A stretch of DNA of 64,000 bases. Source: Octopus vulgaris (lineage: Eukaryota). Under the pieces are notes generated by a model. That model saw nothing but the letters and a program-made list of their open reading frames with translations. It searched no databases and was not told the origin of the DNA. Of this stretch, positions 26,730 through 40,819 are shown piece after piece. The stretch lies in contig OX597817.1 of the NCBI GenBank assembly GCA_951406725.2, positions 84,196,001 to 84,260,000 on the forward strand, written 5' to 3'. Each line of letters opens with the position of its first letter. Within the stretch, counting starts at the first letter, position 1. A program made the position numbers and the translations under genes.

Positions 26730-27681
26730 TACGTATGTATGTCATTATTCAGTTTTATTTCAGGATTTCTTGCAAATAGAGAAAGAAACGGTTTCTAACC
26801 TAGGTCCAAGGCTCCTTCATTGGAATTTCAGCATCAACAACAAAGTATTTTTGTATGTATGTATGTATGTATGTATGTAAGTATGTATGTATGTATGCAT
26901 GGATGGATGGATGCATGGATGGATGGATGGATGGATGGATGGATGGATGGATGGATGGATGGATGGATCCAAATATATATGTAATAAGTAGCATATGATT
27001 GGTGTTTACTCTCGCAACAAGTGTTTCGTTAGAATTTTATTCAATGCCGTCATAACAGATTACACCATATTACATATATTTTTAGTACCATTATGCGTTT
27101 ACATAAACTTAGTCAACCATAGATACACTCACCAGCGAAAGCTAGGGAAGTTTTAAAGAAGGAATACCAATATATAAAATACGAAGTGGGTGTGTTCAAG
27201 AGCTGTCAATCATTTAGGTACTGACTAGAAATGGGAACAGAAGGAGAGAATAGAAATCACAACGTTATAGACAAACAGGCACCAGAATTCACATTAATGC
27301 TCATCAGAATACGAACCAAACGATTCTGGTCTTTTCAATAGAGAGAAAGCATTTTATTTAACATAAAAACAAACTATTCCACATAAAAGGATTATAAATG
27401 TTAAAACAGAATAACAAAATAACAATAATACTATTACAGACACAATGGAAGTTCCGCAATGACACTCTGCTCCTTATCACTTTTACTCATTAGATTCGCA
27501 CACATTCACACCCACAAACACATACACATATAAACGCATAAATGTAACAGATCCACATATCTACGTATGTTTTCATGCACACACTGACACACCGATACAG
27601 ATATACATGTAAGTCAACATATATATCTACTGACAATCATACATATATATATACATTCAGATTTATATATAATATATTCAT

Positions 27682-27724
<43 letters not shown>

Positions 27725-27909
27725 TGTTTCTTTATTAGCCACACAGGGCTGCACACAGATAGAACAAATTACAAGGTAGAGCTTTTCTTTTGAATGTTTA
27801 AAAAAAAAAAAAAAAAAAAAAAAAAGTAAGGGGGAGTTTCGATCAAAAGGGATCGTAAAAAGAGAGAAGGAGGACAAAAAAAGGGGGTTAAAAAAAGGGG
27901 GAGAGGAAG

Positions 27910-27943
<34 letters not shown>

Positions 27944-28436
27944 CAATAGGGATCGTTATCACAGAAATGTCAATATGAAGTGTAAAGGGGAGGACAGGTG
28001 AGGTTTACCCGTGGAAAGAAAAGCCTACGGAAAAGACCACGGTAACCTCGGTCAATGAAGTCACATTTTATATTTCTTTTTTTTTTTTTTTTTTTTTTTT
28101 TGCAAATAAGCAACTCTCTGTTTTCGATTTCTGGGTTCATAGGACTATGCTCAAGGTGGCTTCGTCATTCATACGTGCCATTCTTGCTACATTCACCCAT
28201 CTTTTTTTGAAACATTCGCTAGACAAAACTTGCCTCTCTACTCTCACTTTCCTTTTCAAGTGGTACTTGAAGAAGTTGATGAGAGATTGACCAGAGAGGA
28301 AAGTGTTTGTCTCCAATCCTTTCAGACGCGTCCACCAGATACATTCTTTCGCCATAGCCACAAGGATGATGAAAATAGCTCTTCCTTCCCGTTTGAAGGA
28401 AGGAGGCGTGACAATATTGACGATAGACTCAGCTGA
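27725..28436 (-). mobile_element. 5'-truncated L1/Tx1-like LINE (ORF2 C-terminus plus 3' UTR) in (GATA)n
   Basis: ORF2 end ...[13 protein letters not shown]...[10 protein letters not shown]...SIVL*, 3' UTR with AATAAA directly before (TATC)n. (GATA)n on both sides. Confidence 0.85.
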
Positions 28437-28487
28437 GATAGATAGATAGATAGATAGGTAGATAGATAGATAGATAGATAGACAGAC

Positions 28488-28564
<77 letters not shown>

Positions 28565-28565
<1 letters not shown>

Positions 28566-29613
28566 GTTTCTTCATTAGCCACACAGGGCTGCACACAGAT
28601 AGAACAAATTACAAGGTAGAGCTTTTCTTTTGAAGGTTTAAAAAAAAAAAAAAAATAATAATAATAATAAAATAAAAAATAAAATAAAATAAAAAAGGGG
28701 GGTCGATCAAAAGGGATCGTAAAAGGAGAGAAAGAGGACAAAAAAAGGGGGGGTTAAAAAAAGGGGGAGAGGAAAAAAAATTGATCAATAGGGATCGTTA
28801 TCACAGAAATGTCAATATGAAGTGTAAAGGGGAGGACAGGTGAGGTTTACCCGTGGAAAGAAAAGCCTACGGAAAAGACCACGGTAACCTCGGTCAATGA
28901 AGTCACATGTTATATTTCTTTTTTTTTTTTTTTGCAAATAAGCAACTCTCTGTATTAATTTTTACGGTTCATAGAATCATAGTCAAGGTGGCTTCGTCAT
29001 TCATACGTGCCATCCTTGCTACATTCACCCATCTTTTTAAAACATTCACTAGACAAAACTTGCCTCTCTACTCTCACTTTTTTCTTCAAGTGATACTTGA
29101 AGAAGTTGATGAGAGATTGACCAGAGAGGAAAGTGTTTGTCTCTAATCCTTTCAGACGCGTCCACCAAATACATTCTTTCGCCATAGCCACAAGTATGAT
29201 AAAATAGCTCTTCCTTCCCGTTTGAAGGAAGGAGGCGTGACGATATTAACGATAGACTCGGCTGATAAACCGACACGTCCCACACGTGACAGCAGTCGTT
29301 CGACATAAGCCCACAGGTGGGAAATTGCTGGACACTGCACGATTGCGTGCAGAGCGGTTTCGTCGCTCTGCCCGCATCTCGGGCAGGTCGGCCCCGTGTT
29401 TCTCGAGCCATGCCTATAGAGCTTATCCCGAACGAGTAGCGCTTCTCGGTAGCACCGCCAGGCCAGGGATCTCTGGAAGTTGTCCATAGGTCCCGGGCCG
29501 AAAGTCGTTTGAAACAGGCGGGTCAGGTATTCCTCGTCGACGCCCAGGTTTGCCCCGAGCTCGTCGTCGTACCTCCCCTCCACTAAACCCCTATAGAATG
29601 CTTTGGTTGTGTT
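28565..29613 (-). mobile_element. 5'-truncated L1/Tx1-like LINE including the zf-RVT (CCHC) domain, in (GATA)n
   Basis: ORF 29152-29583: FQRSLAWRCYREAL...CPRCGQSDETALHAIVQCP (L1/Tx1 C-terminal zinc finger). Highly similar to the adjacent copy. (GATA)n on both sides. Confidence 0.88.
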
Positions 29614-29912
<299 letters not shown>

Positions 29913-29979
29913 GTATTTAAATGTTCCTAATAATGTGGCTCATGTATTCATCTGATGAAAACAGGTTTTTATAATGATA

Positions 29980-30855
29980 CTAGTAGATATACCCGGCGTT
30001 GCCCGGGTTAAAGAGAATAATGAAATTTAAAAACGCCGTCTAGATTTACCAGCTTTCTACATTAATAGATCTCCAACCCATGCCAGAATGGAACATAGAC
30101 GTTAAGTGAAATGTTAAAAGAAAGTTTTCAACTCATATATGTACATAAAGTAAATAAACGTAATTCAAAACCACGTTTTGTGTAGCTTATTTCGTAACCA
30201 AAAGTACAGATTATAAACAATGAAAGGCTTATGGTGGTGATTCATTTGATAGAGGTAGTAGAGAGTCAATCCGATGATAAATTTGACCTTGGTTCTTGAA
30301 AGTTTGCTTGAATCCTGGCTCAGTTAAATCTCTTGTGACTCCAAATGATGTCATCTGCAGTGCAGTGTTTTATTGTCTAATTTTGTTTTGGAAGTGCTTG
30401 GAATCTTGGTCAGTTGATGACATCAGTTTCTTCAATGGTTCTGAAGGCTAGAGGATTGCAGAGAGTTTAACCTTTCCCCCACTGCAGCACAGTGCAGATG
30501 TCTCTTCAGGCCACTTCCTTGCTTTACAATGTATGCACTCAGTTGTCATTGCACCAATGGAAACTTTAGTGTCATCTGCATAATAAACTGCTGGATCATA
30601 ATTGAAAGCTGCTTCATAGAAGGTGTTTCTCTGAGCCGTTGTAACTGTTCTTCGTTCTGCAGTGGATATTCTATTCCTTGTCAGCCGTGCATACTTCTGT
30701 TCATCACTTTGAGATGCTCTGGCTTTTATAGTGCACAGTCTGTTCGTTTCTTGATATGCTTCCCTTTCTGCAGCTATCTATTTTTCCCTGAACAGAAACA
30801 TTCTTTTGGCTGACCTTAACAGTGTAGACAAATTAGACTCTTTCCTTCTAGACAT
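29980..30855 (-). mobile_element. Internally deleted Helitron (Rep N-terminal zinc-finger region plus 3' terminus); 5' part probably extends to about 31200
   Basis: Minus strand 3' end CCCGG GCAACG CCGGG ... CTAG|T at 29983-29979. 30330-30600 translates to IGAMTTECIHCKARKWPEETSALCCSGGKVKL...SKHFQNKIRQ*NTALQMTSFG. Start region is homologous to 40197-40330. Confidence 0.85.
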
Positions 30856-31227
30856 GGTTATATACGTTTACAGAAGTACACGGGTGCAGAAGATAGTAAA
30901 GAATGAAAATAACAGGGTAACGGAAATTATAATTCTTAATACGACGGGCAGAAAGTAAATAAGAAATTTTTAGGGAAAATAAAGAATTGTACGGGTTGAA
31001 GCGAAATTTGTCACTTAGTGAACCAATGAGCCAGTATCGAAGGTACCAGAAAAAAGCTCTTAACCACTGAAGAACACGAAACCGTTGCAAAAGTAAATGA
31101 GATCGTGTGCTGAAACGAAAACAATTGCAGTGTGGAAGGTGTTTGTAAGCCATTTAAGAAACACACAAAAGCCGTTCGATTCACTTCAACATTTAAGTTT
31201 AAATTTATATATTTATATTATATATAT

Positions 31228-31436
31228 ATTCTTTTACTTGTTTCAGTAATTTTGACTGGGCATGCTGGAGCACCGCCTTTTATTCAAAGAAATCGACTTC
31301 TGGTCTTATTCTCTGTAACCCTGGTATTTATTATATCGGTCGCTTTTGCCAAACCGCTACGTTACAGGGACGTAAACACACCAACATCGGTTGCCAAGCG
31401 ATAGTGTGGGAGACAAACACAGACACAAACACATAA

Positions 31437-31486
<50 letters not shown>

Positions 31487-31575
31487 GACGAGCCTCTTTC
31501 AGTTTCCGTCTACCAAATCCACTCACAAGGCTTTGGTCTGCTCGAGACTATAGTAGAAGACACTTGCCCAAGTGT
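31228..31575 (-). mobile_element. Bipartite CORE/Nin-like tRNA-SINE, head truncated
   Basis: Reverse-complement match to the 807-1210 element. Confidence 0.8.
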
Positions 31576-32347
31576 CTTCTACCATAAGTGTTAATATGTA
31601 TGATATTAAGATTCAGGTGAATCTTAATAGAACATGTGTGTTTGAAAAGGTTTAACAAAAGCGGTCACACACTAGAAAAACCTTTTTCCCAAAAAAGCTT
31701 AGCAACATCCTCATAAAAAAATTCATGACATTTTTAAAAACAAATAATGTTTTTAAAAAATCACCTGTACACTTCAGAAACTGTATTAAGTAATCCTCAT
31801 AGACTTTCGAATATATAGCATTCAACTACAGTAGTAGTTGAATAATATGCTTTATGACCGCAATCTACTCATACACAGATTCTTTCAGAGCTTCATGCTA
31901 ATTCAGTTCTCAACCAAAATTGAAAACTGTTAACATTTTTAAAGAGAACTGGTCCCTAGCTACATTTTAGCATGCAAAATTGAGATTAGATCGAGTAGAA
32001 AAAAGTTTACATCAAAATTGTAGCAACGTTATAGGAGAGTAAGTAACACCCCTAATCAAGTTTAGATCTAAATTACTTATTTTATTTTAAAAGCAGAATA
32101 TATGTATCTTAGCTTCAATGATAGAAGAAAGCATGAAAAATTTTATAGTTTTGTTCCCATGCAACAAAGATTTTTATCAAAAAACTTGTGAGGAAAAACA
32201 TCATGAAAAAAACTATAAATAAGGTAAAAAATATTTGGATTTAAGTATAATTATCTTTTCTGTTTTAAAAACAAACTATATTTTAATTAAGTTGGAATTA
32301 TAGAGCTCAATTCGAGGAAATTCATGGTATCAAACTCTTGCAATGAC

Positions 32348-32500
32348 GGAGTCGCTGTGTGGTAAGTAGCTTGCTTACGAACTACATGGTTTCAGGTTCA
32401 GTCCCACTGCGTGATACCTTGGGCAAGTGTCTTCTGCTATAGCCTCGGGCCTACCTTGTGAGTGGATTTGGTAGATGGAAACTGATAGCAGCCCGTCGTA

Positions 32501-32589
<89 letters not shown>

Positions 32590-32795
32590 TTCTGTGTCTG
32601 TGTTTGTTCCCCCAACATCACTTGACAACCGATGCTGGTGGATTTACGTCCCCGTAACTTAGCGGTTCGGCAAAAGAAACCGATAGAATGAGTACTAGGC
32701 TTACAAAGAATAAGACCTGGGGTCGATGTGCTCGACTAAAGGTGGTGCTCCAGCATGTCCACAGTCAAATGACTGAAACAAGTAAAAGAAAAAAA
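32348..32795 (+). mobile_element. Bipartite CORE/Nin-like tRNA-SINE, full-length with expanded internal (TA)n(TG)n
   Basis: Close match to the 807-1210 element in both halves. Confidence 0.85.
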
Positions 32796-32983
32796 GTGTT
32801 TGTTTCTGAAATTTGAGGGCAATAATACAGTTCTATACTTTTTCAATGAATATAGTTCTATAAAGGAACTTTTAATATATGTCACCGGCGTCATTAAGGT
32901 AAGGAAAAAATTGGCACATTGGACACATTATTCTATTAGCATAATAGCATAGCCTGGAAAAAATGGTTTACATGGGAAAATGC

Positions 32984-33791
32984 GAGCAAGAGAAATAATA
33001 TTCTTAAGATTATAAACCTGGAAAATTACAGGACAAGTTATTACACTTGGAAATGTTTACGACCACTTAGTACATCTGGTAAAGTACAGAACAAGAAAAT
33101 TTTTATTTAAAATATTGCTGCTTTAATATTAAAAATTATTTGATTTTAATTTACGAAGTAACATTATGATTTAAAGAGGTACAAACATTTTGTTAAAATA
33201 TTGACACACTAGAATACTTAAAAAATGAGAGCCAGAAGTATCAATATAGCTAAAGTTTTACGCAAGATAGAATAGTACATATGGCAGACAAATTCATTAT
33301 GTAGAAAGTAGGCATTGGGTCTCGATTACAAATGTGAAGACTTGCCAATAACTTAGGCAATAATTCAAGCAAATTTTATTGTGAGTTTGTTACCATAGGC
33401 AGATTTTATTGTAATATATGACTAATTTTTTATTGTACTAATTATGTACTATTATTATTTTTTATAACCTATTTTCAAATTTCTAATTATTAATTAATAA
33501 TTAAAAAATGAAGTTATTTAAACTGCAAAAAATATTTTAATTGAGTTATTTTTAATAGAAGTAACAAGTAATAACAAATAGAAGTAATAACTTGTAATAA
33601 AATTTTTAGTTTTAATAAAAGCTAATATTTTCTAAATTTAAATATTTCATTTGAAATTTTATCCTTCAATGTTTTAAGCAAACATTTTCTAATTCTGTAC
33701 TTTACCAGACGTGATAAATTGTTGTCTTGAACTTTTCCAAGTGTAATAACTGAAATTTTCCATGATTATAATCTTAAGAACATTATTGCTC
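32984..33791. repeat. Diverged inverted repeats of about 115 bp around an AT-rich spacer (old MITE/fold-back element)
   Basis: TTCTTAAGATTATAA...TTATTACACTTGGAAA...TCTGGTAAAGTACAGAA (32984-33103) versus reverse complement at 33680-33791. Confidence 0.65.
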
Positions 33792-34514
33792 TTACAGTTC
33801 TATATTTAAGGGATGAGGAATTATGTACATTATTTACATTATTAACATTCGATGGATATTTGTCCTCATCCAAATATATGCATACATATACACATGTACA
33901 CATAAATATACGCACACATGTATGTATAAAATATAGGCATACACACTTTTACACACACATACATACGCACACACATCAGTGTCTATAGTGGAACTTTTAA
34001 AAACAAAGGAATTTTTAAAGACGAACGAAGAGGTCACGCATTGGTTTAATGATGTTAAACATATAGCCAAAATCAGAAAATTATAGTGAATGTTAAATAC
34101 ACACCACAAACCAAAAGCTAACATCACAAATAGCGATATTTAGAAATTAAACTATGAGAATCGGCAATAGATGTGAATGACACAAACTATCATGAGGTTT
34201 CAAAGTTAAAAGTGAGTTAGGTATAAACCTATTAGAGCAACATGAAAGATTAAACATTTAGACAACATGTGCGCTATAACAAAGGGAATATGCTTAATCA
34301 ATTAAGTAGAGGGAAATATTTAATGGCTAGGGTATACAGGATACCAAAACACTCAGAAAAAAATTAACTTAACCGTTTTAAGTATAAAAGAGTTTCTAAC
34401 GTAATGTGAGTATTTAACCCTAAGTTCATTCGATTTATTAAGAACCTCTATTCTTATTAATCATCTGAATATATATATATACACATATATGTATATGTGT
34501 GTGTATGTGTGTAT

Positions 34515-34780
34515 GGAAGGTGCGTGGTCTAGTGGGTAGGATATTCACAAGGTCGTGAGTTCGATATCCGGCGTCGCGTTGTGTCCATGAACACTTTATT
34601 TCACGTAGCTCCAGTCGACTAAGCTGACAAAAATGACTGGTGTCTGTAATTCAAAGGGCCGGCCTTGTCACAATCTGTGTCGCGCTGGATCTTTCTGAGA
34701 ACTTGCACGTTAATTCCAGGAGCAGGCTGTTCCATTAATTGCATGAACTGGAACACTCGTCATCGTAACCACAGGAGTAC
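34515..34780 (+). mobile_element. tRNA-derived SINE (CORE-like), diverged
   Basis: A-box GTGGTCTAGTGG, B-box GAGTTCGATATCC, and body CGCGTTGTGTCC...TTTCACGTAGCTCCAG shared with the 22255-22468 SINE. Confidence 0.6.
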
Positions 34781-35623
34781 CAGTTTATGTTTGTATGCAA
34801 ATACGTATGTATATATGTATAATGATAATTGCTCCATCTTCACATATGATTGCCGTCTCCTTCTGCATCTTCGTTGTCCATGACATTTCTGACTTTTCAT
34901 CTATGAACTCTCCGATGACTATTCAGTCTGCATTGGTTGAACCATAGGTGACAGACAGAAGTTGTAACTTATTGTGAATTGCACTTCTAACTGGTTAGAT
35001 CTGCACACGTGGACACTCTTCTGTCGCCATCGGACTTTGCGATTACAAATGAGGTCGCCGTAAAGGGACATCTTGGTGTCGTTGGATTATAGTGGTAAAT
35101 GCTTGTATAACAAGTGTATTGCTCTCTGGGTCGCCGAAATTAGTACTTAGTCTCAGGCAGATGCAAGATAACCAGTAATCACATGAAACCCTAGATTTTA
35201 CATCCGAATGTCCCTCTCCTACAAGGATGTTGTGACAGAAGCTTAGGGTCCTTCATTACGTATGATTTTACAATATGCCCTGACACTAACCAAGAGTATA
35301 AGCTAAATATGACTTTAAGCTACAACTGGAAGTGAGGCTCTGCTTCCGGAGTTCCAGACTTTTGAGGAATGCGGAACAACTTCTTAGCCACTATTATTCT
35401 CAGCTCTTCTCTGAGCCGGAGTAGTAGCACCTGTCAGGGTCCCAACTATGAACTAACTAGCATATGTGATATATACATCAGCCGTGACTATGTGATAAGA
35501 AGCTTGCTTCTCAAACACATGGTTCTGGTTTCAATCCCACTGCGTGGCACCTTGGCCAAGTGTCTTCCATTATATCTCTGGGCCTGTCAAAGTGGATTTG
35601 ATTGATGGAAACTGAAAGCTGGT

Positions 35624-35670
<47 letters not shown>

Positions 35671-35855
35671 TGTATGTATGTATATATATATATATGCATT
35701 TGTATACGCACACACACATATATATCCAAAAGGAGACAAACACTATTCCACCATGTGACTGGCTTCAAAAATTGTTAAGGTATTAAAATATTTTCTTAAC
35801 ATGAAACCAATGGTAGCCTTAATATACGTGTCTATATATATGTATAATTATATAT

Positions 35856-35910
<55 letters not shown>

Positions 35911-35913
35911 TAT

Positions 35914-35958
<45 letters not shown>

Positions 35959-35959
35959 G

Positions 35960-36842
35960 TCATCGATGACGGTCTATTAAAGACCGTCATTGAGAAGAAT
36001 CCACGTAAAACCAATCGAGGAGTGGCAAAAGAACTTCAAGTTAGTCAGGAAACTACCTGCAACCATTTGCATGTGATCGGAAAATCAAAAACGCTAGACA
36101 AATGGGTACCATACGATTTGAATGAAACTCAGAAAATGTACAAATATGAAATTTGCTCTTCTCCGTAACCAGACCGATCCATTTCTCGACCGTATTGTAA
36201 CTTGCGATGAAATGTGGACTCTGTACAATAATAAAAACGTTCTTCGCAGTGGTTGGACCAAAATGAAGCACCGAAAACCTTCCCTAAACCCGACTTCTTC
36301 AAAAAGAAGGTTATGGTGGCTGTTTGGTGGTGTACTGCTGGGCTCATTCACTATAACTTCTCAAAACCCGAAAAAATCATTACTGCAGAAATATATTGCC
36401 ATGAAATTGCCAAAATGAACGAAAAACTGCTACTCCTCCGTCCCAGACTAGTCAACAGAATGGGACGAATCATTCTTCATGACAATGCTCGACCACATGT
36501 TTCACTAATGACGCTCCAAAAGTCGAGGGAACTTGGCTACGAAGTTCTTCCCATCCAGCTATATTCTTCAGACCTTTCTTCTACCGACTACCACTTTTTC
36601 AAGCACCTTGATGGTTTCCTGCGAGAGAAGGAGTTCAAAATTCAAACAAAAGCTGAAAGTGTGTTCAAAGAGTTCAACCAGATTTTTATGTTACCAGAAT
36701 AAACAAGCTTGTAACTCGTTGGTAAAAATGTGTTGATTGTAATGGTACTTACTTTGATGAATAAAATTTCTGCATTGTTGAAATATATATATTGTGATGA
36801 ATTTCATGTTTCAAAACGTTGCTTACTTTTTACTCAGCCTGA
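35960..36842 (+). mobile_element. Mariner (DD34D, Hsmar1/cecropia-like) relic, 5'-truncated
   Basis: KWVPYDL, FLDRIVTCDEMW, KKVMVAVWW, ILHDNARPH, YSSDLSSTDYHFF across frameshifts. Right TIR-like TTACTTTTTACTCAGCCTGA followed by TA (36843-36844). Confidence 0.9.
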
Positions 36843-38388
36843 TATATTGCTAGGTGGTAGAAAGTCCCTACCTAATGCAGAGAAAAATTCTGCCGAGTTG
36901 TTTCTAGCTATCTGTATTCCGAAGACTGCATTATACCGTAATATATGTATAGATGTAACTTTTCTTTCAGGGGATGGTCACTATTTTTGTTAATAGCCTC
37001 ATTTTTATGTATATTGCATATTTTATTTTTAAATCTATTTCTGAGTTTATTATGGGGTTTACTTGAAATTATATCGTTGTACATTATGTGACACTTACTA
37101 TTGTGATACTCAGCATGATGACTGGACATTTCATTATCCTTGTCCAGGTTTTTGCTTTATGTTCACTTCTTTTTATTACCTATATTTGGTTTATAGCATA
37201 ATATTTGATTCATAGCCCAATATTTGATTCATAGCATAATAAAAATAATAATGGGGGGAAGAACACATGTTATTTAGTTGTTCCATTTAACAATTCCCAC
37301 TGTTATTATCGACAAAGAAAGGAGACTAAATGCAGTAAAATTTAGTTTTGGCCAGCTTGATAAAAACGAACAAGCGACAGGGGCGAATAACATATCTTTA
37401 AACTCCAATATTTAAACAGAATATTAGAGTTTAAAGATATGGTAACTGATCTCTTGAATACAGTGCATGTATTTTATAATTCTAAACACTAACTATATAT
37501 ATTTAATTATACATATGTATGATCTATATTTTTGATAATTTTAATTCTTCCTGTAAAGAAGGGACTGGCTTTTAATACATTCGTTGGAATGTAGATAATA
37601 AAATCATTGTCCTATTTTCAACTTGAGAAAAGTTTTGCATATCTTTACTCTTCAATTTATTGAATCTATTTATTGAATCTATTTTCTTTACCTGAAAATC
37701 ATAGCTTTTTTCAGATTGTAACTTACGTATTTATCAACATAACTAAGAACACCATTATTGTTAGTATGAATGTGAAATTTATAATTTGGGCACAGAAGCT
37801 GAAGATTTCAAAACACAGTCTTTCTCCAGTTCTCTCTTTCTCTCAATGGTTTACTAGGTGTCATTTACATCAGTCGCACAACTGACTTCTATGGCATCTG
37901 TCTGAAATAATAATATCCAGTCTGTTATGTTTACATTAGGCAGAAGATTTGTTGGGGGTGTTCTACAATATTCCTTGTTTTGGTATTTATATTTGTATTC
38001 AATAACAGGAGGATTATCTAGATTTAACCCAGTACATCCTGAATAATGTGCAAAAAATGTTTTTAATGTATTGAAATTTTCCTCTCGGTTGAAGGCAGGA
38101 AACGAAATCCTAAAGGTAATTTTTTCCGACTGTCAGAAATAAGGGAAAGGAATTGAAACATTAATTTTAGAGAAAATTAAATATTCATGCTTAGAAGAAA
38201 AATCAAATTTTTTTAGATCTCTTCAGCGAAGCCTGGTTTCCTCCAGTCACGTTTTGTTAGTGGGCAGTGATATTTACAAGCAAACACTAACGAAAAATTG
38301 AGGCATGAATAATTTTGATAATTAAATATTGCCCGTTCATATATGTGTATACGTATATAAGTATTTATGTGTATTTAATATATAAAAT

Positions 38389-38670
38389 GGAGGCGCATGG
38401 CCTAGTGGTTAGAGCAAAGGACTCACGGTCGAGGGGTCGCGGGTTCGAATCTCAGACCGGGCGGTGTGTGTGTTTATGAGCGAAATACCTAAGCTTCACG
38501 TATTCCGGCAGACCAACTTCTGCTGACTCTTTCGCTACAACTTTCCCTTATTCTTTCCTCCTGCATCTAGCAGCTCACCTGCGACGGAATGGCGTCCCGT
38601 CCAGGTGGTGAACCTATACGCCCGGGAAACCGGTCCTTAAGAGCCAGGCGTGGCTCGAGAAGGAACAAAC
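38389..38670 (+). mobile_element. Full-length V-domain tRNA-SINE with 12-bp target-site duplication
   Basis: A-box TGGCCTAGTGG, B-box GGTTCGAATC, V-domain CCTGCGACGGAATGGCGTCCCGTCCAGG. AATATATAAAAT occurs at 38377-38388 and 38671-38682. Confidence 0.85.
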
Positions 38671-39300
38671 AATATATAAAATAGACCTGTGTGTGTATTC
38701 GCTTTTCACGCGGAAACGGTTGCGCGATTTGGTTTCGTAGTTTGGATTCATGAATAATTTAACCTCGGATACATAATAGGGTCTTCATTTAATTTTTTAT
38801 TACAAATAAATAACATTGCTTTATATATATATATGATTCACTTCTTTAAAAAGGCTTTTCAGTGTCAACTTCCGGTATTGACGTAGCAACTGCAGCTACT
38901 TAAATACACACGTGTATGTCTGACGTAGTAACTGTGACTAGCTACACACACATGTATGTATAGCGCTGTTTGTGAATATTTACATTTTAACCGCTTCTAT
39001 TTCAGTCGCTTTTTATTATTTTTTTTTTTGGTGGGGGAGTCCTGGGGAAAATACGTGAACTATATATTTTTACTCTTCACGTTCCTCATAGAAACTTTCT
39101 TCTAAGGATTTCTGTTACTATCTATCTCTCTATCTAAATCTATATCTATTTATCTCTTTATCTATATCTATCGGTTACATCAATAATTTCATCTGAGATA
39201 CGATAATATGGTCTTCATTTATCCCTTTTTTGAAAAACAGATAATATTGCTTTCACTCTTCCCGTTCCTCATCGAAACATTCTTCTAAGGATTTCTGTTA

Positions 39301-39362
<62 letters not shown>

Positions 39363-39382
39363 TATATATATATATATATATA

Positions 39383-39954
39383 TTATATAAAAGGCTTAGT
39401 AAAATAAATTACTTTGCCGCATACTGAACTCATTAGAAATAGCAGCTAAAAAACTTTTTTAAAGCTATTTCCAATATAAGAAAATCTCTCTCATATAGTG
39501 TTTGCTTGACTCAACTCACAAAAGTTTGGGGTAAGGACATCAAAAAATCAAATGCAAAGGTTATTTGAGAACGTACGTTTCAAGATTAGTCAAGACGACA
39601 CTTCTATCATCAGCTCAGAAACTCCTTAGTTTCTAAGGAGTTTCTGAGCTGATGATAGAAGTGTCGTTTTGATAATCTTGAAGTACGTTCTCAAATCCTT
39701 TGCATTGATGATCCTACCCAAACTTTTGTGAGTTGAGTCAGCAACACTATATGAGAGGATTTTCTTTAAGTATTGGAAATAGCTTTAAAAGTTTTTAGCT
39801 GCTATTTCTAATGAGTTCAGTATGCGCAAAGTATTTATTTTACTAAGCCCTTTTATATAATGTAATAATTTGAATTCGCCTTGAATGGTCCCTTTGCATA
39901 CTGAACACTTGGTGAAATTGATTAATAATTAATTAATTTTACCCTCAATTGTTG

Positions 39955-39957
<3 letters not shown>
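39383..39957. mobile_element. Palindromic head-to-head PLE terminal-repeat pair (arms about 240 bp, 3-nt loop at 39630-39632) plus unpaired tail, in (TA)n
   Basis: 39383-39629 is the reverse complement of 39633-39860 apart from small indels. Tail 39861-39957. Hammerhead in each arm. Confidence 0.85.
39566..39617 (-). ncRNA. Type I hammerhead ribozyme (left arm of palindrome)
   Basis: Minus strand: UGAG CUGAUGA UAGA...UCUU GAAA CGUACG UU CUCA. Stem I UGAG/CUCA, palindromic stem III ACGUACGU, GUU triplet. Confidence 0.7.
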
Positions 39958-39998
<41 letters not shown>

Positions 39999-40819
39999 CT
40001 ATCTGTCTATTTGCCTATCTCTGCTGTAATGTGTACAATACGCCGTTGGTGAACATTTACATTTAACCACTTCTTTATCACTTCAGTTGCATTGTTTTTT
40101 ATAGAAACATAACGATTTCTGGTGCCAAAAAATTTATGACAGCTGCTTTCATTGTTTACAATATTCTGTGCCAGTGTATTGCTGTATCTGTAAATGACCA
40201 TGCCTAGAATGAAGGTGTCAAATTTGTCTCCGGTGTCAAGGTCAGCCAAAAGAATGTCTCTGTCGAAGGAAAGAGAGAAGGCTGAAAAAACAGAAGCACG
40301 CCAAGAAAGGAACAGACTGTGCACTACATCAGCCATACCATCTGAAAATGATGAGACAAGAGTTGTGCATAAAATCAAAACCAGTTGTCCACTGGTGCTG
40401 CCCGAGCATTTCAAAGTGCTGAACAGAGTTATGCACGCCTGACAAAGAATAGGATCTCCACTGCAATGGCACTGGTGGGGTCTTCTTCTTAGATGCTCCT
40501 GGAGGCACAGGAAAGACAGTATATATCAACCGGCTCCTTGTCAAGGTGAGACAGAAGAAGATTGCTCTGGTTGATGCAACCTCTGGAAAGGCGGCCACAT
40601 TCCTAACAGGTCGAAGAACAGCCATTCAACATTCAAGCTGCTTCTGAACCTGATCCAAAATTAATCGCCATTATGCAACATATCAAAGAATACAGAGTTA
40701 GAGAAGCTCCTTACAGGTGCCAAACTCATTGTCTGGGATGAGGCAACGATGTCTCATAAGGAAGCCTTCGAAGCTCTTGATAGATCACTACAAGACTTCC
40801 AAAACAATAATTACCTTGG

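Noticed and set aside
38389-38460. tRNA-like sequence with good A and B boxes
   Set aside because: It continues into a V-domain body and is bounded by a TSD, so it is a SINE head and not a tRNA gene.
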